A stretch of DNA of 60,177 bases, from the NCBI GenBank assembly GCA_000388065.2, contig KB932202.1, one strand, 5' to 3'. The position numbers and the translations under genes were made by a program. Of this stretch, positions 11,647 to 23,948 are shown in pieces; positions within the stretch are counted from its first letter, which is position 1; each line of letters opens with the position of its first letter. This DNA is from Fonticula alba ATCC 38817 (Eukaryota; Protista; Nucleariida). Below the pieces are notes generated by a model, which saw only the letters and a list, made by a program, of their open reading frames with translations, did not search any database and was not told the DNA's origin.

Positions 11647-13853
11647 ATGCCTGGCACCAGCGTGAGGCTGCTCGGTCGGCTCCTGCTGGGGCTCGCCGGT
11701 GCGGCCGCCTTCCTGGCCGTCTCGGCCACCGCCCGGTCCATGCCACGGCCATCGGCATCGGAGCTGACGTCCATTGTTCCCTCGCGGAATCCCCTGGCGC
11801 GGGCTTTTGCCCAGAGTACGTGGACAAAACATCCCACCTGGCGCAGGCAGGCCCTTCTCACGCCCGATTGGTCGCCCTCCCTCCCTTTCCCCCCCCCCCC
11901 CCCCCCCCGCCCCTCTCCCATTCACCCCTGCCCCTCACTGACGCCGGGGCGCCTGCTCCCACCAGACGAGCCTGCCCTCATGCCGCCGCCTCCCTCCGGG
12001 CCACCGACCATCGAGGATCTCATCTGCCCGGGGCTGCATGCCCATGAACTGGCCCTCACCGGGTACAGTGGTCGCGTCCGGACCACCAGCGCCTCATACT
12101 CGTGCAATTTCACCATCAGCCGCGAGGACCTGCACGACCTGCACATGGAGTTCGAGACCTTCGGCCTGGACCCGGTACACATCTCACGGATCTCATCATG
12201 TCCTGCCCCCGCCCCCATGCCTGCAACTCGGAGCTGACCCTTCCACCGGTCGCCGTTTCTATCGCCGCCGCTGTCGCCCCGCCTCTTCTCCCTCTCCCTC
12301 TCCGTCTTGCTCGCCCATCCACCGGAATGCCCGCAGGCCGGTGAAGCGACCTTCGTGGTCTTCAGCGGCCTGGTGGCCAGCACCGACCCTGCGGACATTA
12401 TCTACGAGTTCAACCCCAAGTCCGGCTTGACCGCGCCCATGGGTCGCCTCGATCTGCGTACCTCCGCCATCTATGTGGAATACCACTCGCCCCAGAAGTC
12501 CCTGAATGACACGGGCTTCTCCCTGCGTTTCACCGCCCTGCGTATGTCTTTTATTTTGCCCTGCCCCCCACCGTTGCCCTTGTTCCTCTTCCCCCCCCCC
12601 CCCCCTCGCCCCCCATCCTACTCCCATGGCTGGCAGCTCCTCTGACCTCGCCTCATGCTCTACTTCCCCCACCCACGCCCCAGCGACATACTGTGACACC
12701 ACGCGCCCCTGTCGCGAGGGGTACTTCTGCGACACCTCCGGCGGCACCACGCCCATCGGACTGGCGGCTCTGGCCGAGGCCGGTGTCTCGGTGAATCCCA
12801 CCCTGCCTGGCGATGATCCGGGTGTCTGCCGGCTGATCAGCGAGGATGACTTCCTGTTCGACTGCTTCACCCCCGCTGGCGGCGCGCCACCGGAGCAGGG
12901 CCATTCCGGCTCTGGCCATGGGGAGGTCGATGTCCTGAGAGGTGCCTCGCCCCCGGTGCTCACCGAGGGCAGGACATCGGCCTCGGCCGGGCGGATCTTC
13001 ACCTCGCGCACCCTTCCCCCCAACAGCTTCTGCTCGCTCACTATTGAGCCGCCCTTCTACCATGGGGCCGTGGAGGTCATTGTCCGGACGACCGAGCTCC
13101 AGGTGCGTGCCGGTGACTCTGCCTGCATCTCCGGCGGATGTGCACGGCCGGGGAGGGAGGCGGGCGGTCGTCCTTTCTTTCTTTTCCGCTGCCAGGCCTC
13201 GACTGACGACTCCATGCGCCTCCCTCTCTCTCTATCTCTCCCTCTCTCTCTCTCTCTCTCGGGTGCTGGCCGCCCTTGTCCTGTCCACTTATCCCCTCGC
13301 CATTTGTCTCTCCCTCGTCCCCCCCCCCAACAGCAAAGCGACATTATCCTCTTCTCCAATCACCTGGGTCGCCAGATCAACTATGCTGTCATGTCGGCCA
13401 ACACGGAGACCTTCTACGTGAATGCCAAGGCCCTGACCATCAACTTCCATGGCCGGTCCAACCGCACCGTGTCCGAGTTGGAAATCAGCTACCGTTTCAT
13501 GGGTGCGCGGCCACACCGCCTTCTCTCGCGCATGGACACACATGCACACGCGCGCGGCTCTCCGCCTGATCCCTTTGTGGTCCTGCTGCTTACCCTGTCG
13601 CCCTCCTCCGTGTGCCCCGTCGTAGAGCCCGTTGCCTGTGACTCGATTTACGCCTGCTTCGCTGGCGTGGTGTCCGATTGGTATTGCAGCGACGCCGGGA
13701 CATGCCAGTGCTCGGCCGGTGCCACCGGCTGCCGGAGCTCCTTCTTCATCCTGGAGCCTACTCCCCTGAGTGCGTGCCCAATTGGCCAGGCGATGCTACC
13801 TCCGCCCCCCCCCCTCTCCCTCCCTCGTCCTTCGCGCATCCTGACCCTCTCCA

Positions 13854-13889
<36 letters not shown>

Positions 13890-14721
13890 CCCTTCAGCCC
13901 TGGTGGACTTCCTCATCTTCATCATCCCCCTGTCGGTCATCCTGCTGATGATCATGGCTCTGGTCATTTGGATTTGCCTGCGCAAGCGCAAGACCGACTC
14001 CGAGGATGCTGCCAGCCTGATGGACGGCGGCCCGAACGGCCAGGCCACCCACGTGGACGCCATTCACCCGCTGGTCACGGCCGAGTACATTGCCTCCATC
14101 GCCACCACGGCCAATCGCTTTAGCAGTCCGCTCTTCGGCGAGGAGGAAACCTTCCATGGGAAGTTCGGTGGATCTTCCTACTCCGGGGCCGACCAGGATC
14201 TGCGCTTCGACGACAATGACGACTATTTCGATGAGGACGAGGGGACGTACCTGGGCCCGACGGCGGTGGCGGCCGCGGCCGCAGCCACCGCGGCCACCAC
14301 AACCGGCGGTGGCGGCGCTGGCTCCCGGCCGGCCGGGGCTTCCGGCGGGCTGGCCGGTGGGGTCCCCGGTGGGGGGGCCTCACGCAGCCGGCGGGGCACC
14401 CTGCGCACTCCGGCCCTGCCGGAGGATGTCCCTGCCGAGCTGCCCCTCTCGCAGCAGGAGTACGACATCATGCGGCCACTGGTGCATCACTTCCAGCCAT
14501 ACGACTGGCTGGAGTTGGCCGAGGAAACCGACCCGGTTGGTCGGTCCCAACTCCTGGAGGGCATCGCCAAGCGCATCGAACAACAGGCCCTGGCCAACAG
14601 CCAAAACATCTCGCGGCAGGCGGCTGCCGCGGCCGCGGCCGGCGTCGGTCCACACCCCTCGGCCGGCACCGCGGCCGAGCCCCTTCTCCCTGGAACGGCC
14701 GACCCCTACCAGCCCTTCTAA
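11647..14721 (+). CDS. Type I membrane protein: signal peptide, CUB-like, Cys-rich, CUB-like, Cys-rich, TM, cytoplasmic tail
   Basis: Exons 11647-11815, 11966-12174, 12337-12541, 12684-13102, 13334-13502, 13626-13769 and 13898-14721; all phase-compatible. Signal peptide LLGRLLLGLAGAAAFLAVSATA. CUB-like patterns SCNFTIS..HMEFETFGL and IYVEYHS..DTGFSLRFTA. TM FLIFIIPLSVILLMIMALVIWICL followed by RKRK. Confidence 0.72.
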
Positions 14722-15475
14722 GGAGCCGGGGCCCCGATGAAGGGGGGGCAAGGGCGAGGGTGGCCGGCAGCCCCACATGCCCGCGGCCGCCCATCCTCCG
14801 CACTCTTCCCCTCTTTGTTCCCTCCCTCTCTTTCTCCCCCCCCCCCCCCCCTCCCTTGTCCTGGCGCCCCGCTCTGGCGGAATAGAATCTACACACCTGT
14901 CCATCCGTGGGCATATGAATGACCAGCACCTCCGTTCTATGGGTCCTGGGCACGTGATGTCTACGCATTTGCCACCTACGCACCGGCCTCCCGGCTCCCG
15001 GGGGGCGTGCCGTGTTTGCATGTGCGTGGGCACATATGCGTGTGGGTGGCCTGTTGGTGCCCGTTGGTGCCGGCGATTGGCCCTTGTTCGTGGGTGCCGC
15101 TCGGCGCCGGTGCCGCATCCAGGCGGCGAATGCCGGCCTGTGTGCGTGTGTGCGCACGAAGCGCCTCTCGGGCATGGGGGCCGGTGAGGCGCGCTCTCCG
15201 CGGGAGGCAGCGGGAACCTCCCCGCCAGGGCAGGCCGGTCCGCGGTGGTCGGCCGTCTTTTCAGGGGCCGGGCGCTGGGCTGTCCGGGGCGAGCCCCGGG
15301 CTCGCGGTATATCCCCTCCCCCTATCTCGCCAGCCGTGCCATTTTGTCCCTCGTCTCGCACCTACACCTGTACCTCTCTCCCGCCCCTCCTCCCTGCCTC
15401 CCTCCCTCCCTCCCTTCGCTCGCCCTCCTGCCTGTCCGCTTCGCTGGATCGTGCGCCCCCTTTTCTAGCCCCACC

Positions 15476-15961
15476 ATGGCCGCCGACCCGGCGACGTCGT
15501 CACCGTCGCGGAAGCGCCAGCCGGACCCCGCCCGAGCAGCGGACAATCCTCCCGGCAAACGCGCCGCCACCCTGCCTGTGGCCGACATCCCGCGCGAGCC
15601 CACCCAGGTGGATGAGTCCCTGACGCAGGTTCGCCTCTGTCCATCGCCCTGTCTCCCCGTCGCATTGGCCACCAACTGACGCACACCATCCATGCACCCA
15701 TGTAGATCCAGACGGTTACGCTCTCCTGGCAGCGGGACTCGCTCTTCCGCCAGCTACATGCGGAGCGGGCACTGCGCGTGGAGGCCGAGCGCCGCGCCCG
15801 GCTGTCCGAGCTATCTGCCGCCGAATCTGCGCGTACGCTGGCCAGCATTGACGCCGCATGGAAGCAGGTGCGTGCGCGCGCTCACCGCATCTGTCTCGAA
15901 GCCGACTCGGCTGGGCTCCGAAGCATTTTTCCCCCAACACTTCGGTCCTCGGGCTCCTGCA

Positions 15962-16004
<43 letters not shown>

Positions 16005-18118
16005 CGCGCAGTCCATCTCCGACGTCAACACCATTATCCTCCAGCTGTCGCAGTTCCTCTCCGACTCGACTTCCGTCTCGTCCAGTGCCCTTCAGAGCTT
16101 CCAAGCTATCTCTCAACGTACGCCACCGCCGCCCCGCATTGCCGGCCCTGTAACCGGCCTCGCCGCTGGGCTCGCCTCGTCCGTACTGACGCCCCACCAG
16201 TCCCCTCGATGCTTGATGCCCTCCTGGGGCCGGTGATTCCCTTCTCGGCGGAGCAGCGCGAAGAGGCCCGGCGACTCATCGCTCGGCAGTCGGGCATCGG
16301 GTCGGCTGACGACGGTGACGATGACGAAAATGACGCCCAGCCGGGGGCTTCCGGGTCGGGGAAACTCGGGGACAGCATTCTCGGGCTGCCCGGGCTGGCG
16401 GACCCGCTCCAGCCTGAGACTGCTCTGCTGCCGGATCACCGGGAGCAGCTGCTGACCCCGTGGCGCCGGCTCTCGGATCTGCTGCTGCAGGCCGGGCGAG
16501 GCAGCTTCACCGCCGGGCCGGCCCCCTCTGCGGCGGATACCCTGATCGCCGAATTGACCGCCCGCCAGCGCACCACCCTGGCCGCCATGTCGATGGCCGC
16601 GGCCGATGCGCACTTCTCCCGCTTCCAGGCCCGCACGGCCCTGTCCAAGTACGAGGACGCGCGGGACCAGGTGGAGCTAACTTCCCGGCGGGTAGCTCGC
16701 CTGGAGCAATCCCTCAAGGCCGGGGCCTTGGGTGAGGCCGGGGCCGTGGCGGCCTCGGCTGCGGCCCTGGCCGTGGCCTCCGGCCAGCCGGAGGTCCCCG
16801 TCGGCGGGCCCGGCCCGGCCGGATCGCCGACCGGCGACCCGACGGCCGCCAATGCCACCCCCGGGGCCGGCAGCGCTGTCACCACCAATGGGGCATCTGG
16901 CGCTGGCGGAGCCCCGGCGGCCGGGGCGGCCGTCGACGCCGGCGCCGCATTGCAGGCTTCGGAGGAGCTGGCCGCCGCGCGCGAACTGGCCGATTTGCGC
17001 CTGGCCGAGGCGGAGCAGCTGCGCAGCGAGAAGCTGGATCTCCAGCGCATGCAGGTGAAGCTGCAGGCGGATCTGGCCGAGCTGCCGGACGATGTCATCA
17101 CCGCCACCCCGACGTACCGGCGGCTGGCGGCGCATGCGGCCGTGCTGGCGGCGCACGCCACCGAGGCACGCAATGCCCTGGCCACGGCCCTGGCATCGGA
17201 GAACGATGTGCAGGCCAAGCGCCGCGAGCACAATGAGCGCTTCGCGCATGATGAGCTCGAGCGCCGGGAGGCGCTGAAGCATGAAATCCGCTCCATCGAG
17301 AAGGAGTCCCTCCGGCTGCGGGTGGAGCGCGATCACCTGCGCGGGCTGCTGGAGGCCCAAAAGTCCCGGGCCCAGTCGGCCGAGAATTCGTCGGCCCAAC
17401 AGGGGGAGCTGGCCGAGTCCCTGGCCCATGTGAATACCATGCTGACGCGGGTCGTGTCGCGGCTGTGCCAAAGTGAGCCGGTTTCCACCCGGGAACTGGC
17501 CACCACGCTGCAGGCGTCCCTGGCCGCGAGCGAGGTGCTCGGGGAGGTGGCCCGCGGTTCGAGCGTCAAGTCCGAGGATGGGACGTCCTCCTCTTCGGGG
17601 GCCGGGCTCGGGAGCGGCGGCTCGGTCTCGGCCCTGCCCGGGCTGGATGGGGATCTGCTGCAGGAGCTGTCGCAGCTGGCCGCCGCGTATCAGGCCCTGC
17701 AGGAGCGGCAGCGCAGCCTGCTGGGGAATATGTCCGAGCTGGATGATGCCAACAACCGGCTTTACAATGACAAGATCCGCTCGCAGCAGCAGATGACCTC
17801 CATCAACCGGACGCGCGAGCTCCTGTATGCCAAGGTGGCCCCGCTGGACCGCGTGGCGCGCACGGTGGAGGAGCACATGCGCAAGGCCGAGTCTCTGGAG
17901 AAGTCCATGCGCCAGCAGCTGGCTTGCTTCGAGTTCGAAGCGGTGGCCTTGCGCTTGGCCACCGAGGCGCACCGGCGCCACGCCGCCGAGACGGCGCTCA
18001 CCCTGACCGAGTACTCGACGCAGCAGCAGAAGAATGCCGACCGGGTGCAGTTCGTGCGTGTTCGGTCGCCTGGCCGTTTCCCTTGCTTTTCTCCATCACG
18101 ACCTGGCCCTTTTGCCCT

Positions 18119-18156
<38 letters not shown>

Positions 18157-18689
18157 CGGCGCCATGCCGACTGTCTGCTTGGGCTCCTTCTCGCGTACAC
18201 GGCCTCCTGACTGTGCTCTTCCTGGCGCCGCAACACGCGCAGCTTGAGAGTTCCATCGACAAGTACTTGACCAAGTCCGAGCGCGAGGCCCAGCGCGCGC
18301 GGCGTTTGGATGAGGAGGTGACTCTGCTCCGGCGCCGCGAGCGCGGTCTGTCGGCGGCCCTGACGGCGGCCAATGCCGCGGCCAACGCCGCTGCCGCGTC
18401 CTCTTCGCTGGCCAGCGCATCTGGCACAAACTTGGCCGGCCTCGGAGGGTCGGGCCTGGGCCATCACGATGAGGACGAGCTGTCCTCCCTGAAGAAGGAG
18501 CTGCAATCGTACCGAACTCTGATGAAGTGCGGCGTATGCATGCGTAATGACAAGAATGCCGTCATCACCCAGTGCTTCCACTGCTTCTGTCGCTCGTGCC
18601 TGGACACCCGGGTGTCCACGCGGCAGCGCGGCTGCCCAGCCTGCGGCGCCCGCTTTGGCGCCAATGACGTGCATACCATCTACATCTGA
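15476..18689 (+). CDS. BRE1: E3 ubiquitin ligase BRE1 (RNF20/40 family, H2B monoubiquitination)
   Basis: Exons 15476-15628, 15706-15867, 16012-16117, 16201-~18053 and 18243-18689. Long coiled coils and a terminal C3HC4 RING, CGVCMRNDKNAVITQCFHCFCRSCLDTRVSTRQRGCPACGARFGANDVHTIYI, with the BRE1-specific RQRxCP..FGAND tail. Confidence 0.93.
18119..18156 (+). repeat. Poly-G tract of about 38 nt on the sense strand of the last BRE1 intron
   Basis: Read directly. Confidence 0.9.
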
Positions 18690-18859
18690 GGGATGGCCGC
18701 GCTCCCGCTCCCCTCCCGCTCCTCCTCCTCCTCCTGACAAAAGGCACATGCATGCCGGCTCGTGGCTCGGGCAGAGTGCTCTCTCTCTCTCGCTCTGCCC
18801 TCCTGCCTTGCCTCTCTCCCCGGTCCCCCTTTTTTCCGTTTGCCCTTCTGCCAATGTCT

Positions 18860-18890
<31 letters not shown>

Positions 18891-19835
18891 CTTTTTTGCA
18901 CACACAAATATACACGCGCACGCCCATGCGAAATGTGTCTCCGTCTCGGGCCCCTCCCCTGCTCTTTTTTTTTTTTCTTCCTTTCGCCGCATTTTTGGTC
19001 TTGGCGCTGTGAGACAACGGACGGGGGGTTTGGTGCCAACTTTCCGGGCGGCTTCGAGGCCGGACCTGTGCGCTGTTTTCTCTCGCCCCCCCCCCCCCCC
19101 CCCCCCACACACACATGCACACACACACACACGCGCGGGCCGGGGATGGGTCCCGGAGGGTGGAAGAGTGCCCCGGGCCGTGTGTTTGTGCCCCTCCCCC
19201 CGCGCCGATCAGGAATTGCCGGAGGAATTTGTGGCCATGGATTGTCGCCAGTGCCCGGCCCGACTTCCGGAGTGCTTCCCGCCCTTTTTCTCCGGGTCCT
19301 CCCACGGTTGGAATGGCCCCTTTTTTTTTTCCTTCGGCGCCCAGGGTGAGCCCTTGTCCGGTGGGCTCACACCCGCCCAGGACGACCGCGCCGCAAATGA
19401 CCCTCCCACCTGGGCGGCGAGGCCGGTCAGCCCGGCCACCGTTGTGCAACGAGACATCCCCGCCCCCCCCCCCCCCCTCCTACCCACACCCGCGCCCCCG
19501 ATATCGCGCATCGGCAGGCTGACCGGGGGCCTCTTGGCCAGCCGGCGATCGATTGACACACGGCGCGGAGGGCAGATCGACCGGACAAGGTAGCTCCTTC
19601 CCCCGTCCACCCGGCCCGAGGGGTCCCCAAAGCCGGCTCGGGGAGCTCTCGTGGCCGACGTCCAAAGGCGGCCGTGGCGAGGGGGTACTGTGCTGGTACC
19701 CTCCTCATCCCCCCTCGCCTCCCCCTCGCCTGCCGCCCGTGCACTCTCTCACACATACACACACACACACACACGCGCGCGCGCCCCGCCGCCACCACCA
19801 TCGGTTTTGCCCCTCGCTCCCAGACCGCATCCACC

Positions 19836-22800
19836 ATGGTTGGCAGCCTTGACGATGACTACCCCACCACTCCCGTCCTCCTGATCTCCGCTCACCCTCA
19901 GGGGGATGATGACGACTCTGGCGACACCCAGTGCGTGGGCTGCCTCTTTCTTTTTCGCCCCCCCCCCCCCCCCCGGATGTATATGTGCCATCCAATGCTA
20001 ACTTGCCTGTCTCCCCTGCCCCCCACCGCACCAAGCTTCCGCGTGGAGGAAGATGCCATTGAGTTGCTGGCTCAGTATGCCTCCAGCCAGCCGCTGCCGG
20101 TCATTGCCATCACCGGTGTGTACCGCACGGGCAAGAGCTTCATCATGAACCAGCTCTCTGGAATCGATCGCGGCGGCTTCCCGGTTGGTGCAACCATCGG
20201 TACGCCTCTTGACATGCATGCTTGTGCCCCCTCCTCGGGTCTTTTCCCTCGCCCACCTTCTCCCCCTGTCGCCCTGTCCATCTGGGGAGCTTCGCTGACC
20301 CCCTCCCCCCCCCCCCCCCCCGGGTCTTCATACACCACCGAAATGACAGAGCCCTGCACTTCCGGCATTTGGATGCAATTCGCGCGGAACCCCGAAACTG
20401 GTGGCATGTGCCTGCTGCTTGACACTGAGGTGCGTACCCCGAGCGTGCTTCCCCCCTGCATGTGTGTGTGGTGTCCAATGGACAGCCATGCTGACTGGGA
20501 CCACCTCATCTGACGACGTGAAAAAAAAAACCCATACCCACAGGGCCTGTCATCCTACACCAAGTCGGCCTCCTACGATGCCAAGCTCTTCGCCCTGGCC
20601 ACCCTGCTGTCATCCTTCCTCATCTACAATGCCTCGGGCCCGATCGATGACGACGCGCTTAGCTCGCTGGCTGCGGCCACGGCGGTGGCCCGGGCCGTTC
20701 GGGTGAACTCCACCGAGCCCGAGACCTCGGTCCAGACGGCCGTTGGTGCCGGATCCGGCAGCGAGGTCTCCTTCGATGAGCGCGTACGTTACGAGTGTTC
20801 TGGCTCGCATGGTGCCGCCCCTGCTGCTGAGGCTCCCCGTCTGCCTCGGGACTGACACTCCTGCGTCTGTGGTGTCCGCAGCGTCGCCAACGCCGGCTGG
20901 CCATGTATTTCCCGCGCTTTCTCTGGCTGGCGCGCGACTTCAGCCTCGAGCTGGAAGCTGGCGGGGAGCGCCTCACCACCAATGAATACCTCGAGCGTGC
21001 TCTGGCTCCGATCCAGGTACGCGGCCTCGGCGCGGGCATTGGCGCTGCCCTCGTCTCCATGGATTCCTCCTGTCAAATCCCTCTCTGACCACCTCCCTGC
21101 CACCCGACTGGCACAGGGCGATTCCGACCGCACCCGCTCGCGAAATGTCATCCGGACTGCCATCACTGGTGCCTTCAAGGAGCGGTGCGTCTTTCCCCTG
21201 GCTTGATATCGCCGCTCCCTGGACTCTCCCCCATCCGCAGACACGCGCACGCACACGCACACGCACACGCACACGCACGGCCCACTCACCCTCCTGCCTG
21301 TCGGACAGCTCCTGCCTGACCATGCGCCGGCCGGCGCATGATGAGGAGGACCTCCAGGCCATCTCCGAGGCCCTATCTGCCGCCGGAGCCGGGCTCGCCG
21401 GGCTCAACCTTCGGCCGGAGTTCATCAGTGACGTGGAGCAGATGAAGGCCTTCGTGTGGAGCCACCTCTCCCCGAAGCAGGTCAATGGCTCGGGTGTCAC
21501 CGGCCCCAGTGCGTTTGGTCCATTTGTGGACGTGGCTGCGCGCATGTACCGGCACATCATGGTGCACGCTGTCTGACTTGCTTTTCTCGGCCCCCTGCTC
21601 AGTGCTTTCAACCCTGGCCGAGGCGTACTGCGACGCGCTGAATGCTGGTGCCGCGCCGGCCATCGGATCTGCCTGGGATGAGGTGTGCGAGAACGAGTGT
21701 AATCGCGCCCTGTCCCAGGCCATTCAGGCCTATGACGATGAGTGCGTGCCGTTTCCCCGATCGCGGTGTTATTTTGTTCCTCGATGCAGGCGTGTGGACG
21801 CATGGATGCGCGCGCGCGCGCCCGTTGTGGCCAGGCTCGAGAAAAGGGCCGGGAGGAAAGGGGGCGAAGCAGAACAAGGGAATATCAGGGAGAAGGAGCA
21901 AGAGGAAGTGAAAGGAGCTACCCGGGACCGACCGAACGCCGGCTGGGGAGACAGCCTCGATGCCCTTCTTCGGAAGGACTCCCAGGCGCCGCTGGACTCG
22001 ACCAACACCCCGCTCATCAGCGAGGCCAGCCTGGCTGGTCTGCGCGAGCGCGCCTTCTTCGTCTTCCAGTCGAATCCGCTCACCTCATCCTCGGCTCCCG
22101 CGGCCAAGGTGTGCTCCGACAAGCTGGAGCAGCACATTACCAAGCGCGCGGCCGAGGCCCTGCACATTGCCCAGAGCCGCAACGAGTCGCGTGCCGAGGC
22201 CATGGTCGACCGCCTGGTCAGCAAGGTCACCAGCCTGTTGGATAGTGACTCGGAAGTGCGTCACCAGGCTGCCCGCAGGGGGTCCGCCGGGTCTTTGTCA
22301 TCCTTTCGCCGCTTTCTTCCCCCCCCCCCTCTTCGTCCTTGCCCGGCCTCCCACATGCCGGCAGCCCCTGCCCTCGGTCGATTGCCCCTGCCCGCCTTGC
22401 CTCCTTTTGCTCGCCTCGCCATGCACACACGCACAAACTCGCAAACTCACACACACACACACATATATATATATGTATGTATGTATGTGTTTATACATAT
22501 GCTTACGTGTACTGTTCCGCACACGCCCGCAGGACTTCTCCTTGGACCATATTGTGGAGAACACCAAGAAGGTTGTGGACCAGCTGGTCAACAGCGTCAA
22601 GGCCGCTGATCCTTCCCTGTACACCCTGGTGATGATGCAGCTGGCCCTGCGGGCGGACCACATCTGGGCCCGGCCGCTGCGCGTGCATGCCAACCGTGTT
22701 ATCTCCGAGTTGGAGGAGGAGGGTGCGTATTCGGGCCATGGGCGGACGGGGGGGGGGGGGGGATCCTCTTTCTCCTGTCCTTTCTTTCTTCCTGCTCTTC

Positions 22801-23587
22801 CTTCTGCTCGGCCTATTGCCCCTCCGTGGCCTCTTTCCTCTTGTCTCCCTTCTCCTCCTGCAATTTATCTCCAACTAACATGGTGCCTTGTCCCTGCCTC
22901 CTCTCTGGCAGCCGAGGTCCGCGTGGCGGAGGTCCGCGCCGACGCTGAGAAGGACCACAGCCGCGCGTACGCCACCATCACCGGCCTCAATGAGGATATT
23001 GCCTCATCTGATGCACAGCTTGAGACACTTCGGGTTCGTTCACAGCTGCACGAGCACGCCCGCACACCACGGCTTCTCGGGCTCTTTCTTCCTCCTTTTT
23101 TTCTCTCCGGTCCCCGTGCACCCTCATTCTCTTCTGCCTTTTCATCTTCCTCCGCTCTCCGGGCCCTCTCTAACGCCAACCCTCCCTCTGTAGAATGAGC
23201 GCGATAAGCTCCAGGACAAGCTCGCAGTGGCCGAAAGCCGCATCAGCAGTCTGGAGGCTGATGTGCAGAAGCTGTCCAGCGACAACCCCGATGTCGCCCG
23301 CAAGGATGAGCAGATTGCCCAGCTGCAGCAGGATCTAGCTGAGGCACGGAATGCCCTCACCCAGGCCCGGCGGTGCGTGCGCTGATCCTCCCCCCCNNNN
23401 NNNNNNNNNNNNNNNNNNNNNNNNNNNNNNNNNNNNNNNNNNNNNNNNNNNNNNNNCCCCCCCCCCCTGCTCGCCCCTCCTCCTTTTGCTGCGTCCCTTG
23501 ACTCACCTCCATGTGCTTAGGGAGAAGCTCGAGATTGAGGAAGCCGCACAGTCCTCCCAGAGGAAGAAGCGCTTCTTCTGCTGCTGA
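19836..23587 (+). CDS. GBP: Guanylate-binding protein (GBP/GB1 large GTPase), multi-exon, C-terminus KKRFFCC
   Basis: First exons 19836-19930, 20036-20199, 20350-20429 and 20544 onward. G1 GVYRTGKS, G2 PCTSGIW, G3 LLDTE|G, DAKLFALATLLSSFLIYN, G4 FLWLARDF, CLTMRRP, and YCDALNAGAAPAIGSAW. Then a helical/coiled-coil stalk; TGA at 23585-23587. Confidence 0.92.
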
Positions 23588-23948
23588 AGGCCCTTTGCTC
23601 GCAGCCCTGTGCCTCCTTCTCTCCCCTCCCTCCCCCCCTCCCTCTTCTCCTCTTAAACTCCCCTCCTTCTCTGCCACTCACCCAATATAGCACCAGTGAG
23701 CATGTTTGTGCGTGAGAAATGAAAGACACCGGCGAGCCGGCGAACGGACGGACGGGCAGGCGAGTACTCAGCATTTGTCGCTGTGCGTGTGAGTGTGCAT
23801 TTGCGCCAGCATGTGCTCGGGTATACGCCCGTGCAGGCGCGCAAGCACATGCACCTGCACGTCCAGGGCCGCTCCAACGAGGAGGCCTCGCGTGGTGAGG
23901 GAGGGGGAAATAAAGGACAAGCATGGCCTCTGGCTCGCACATGGGCAC

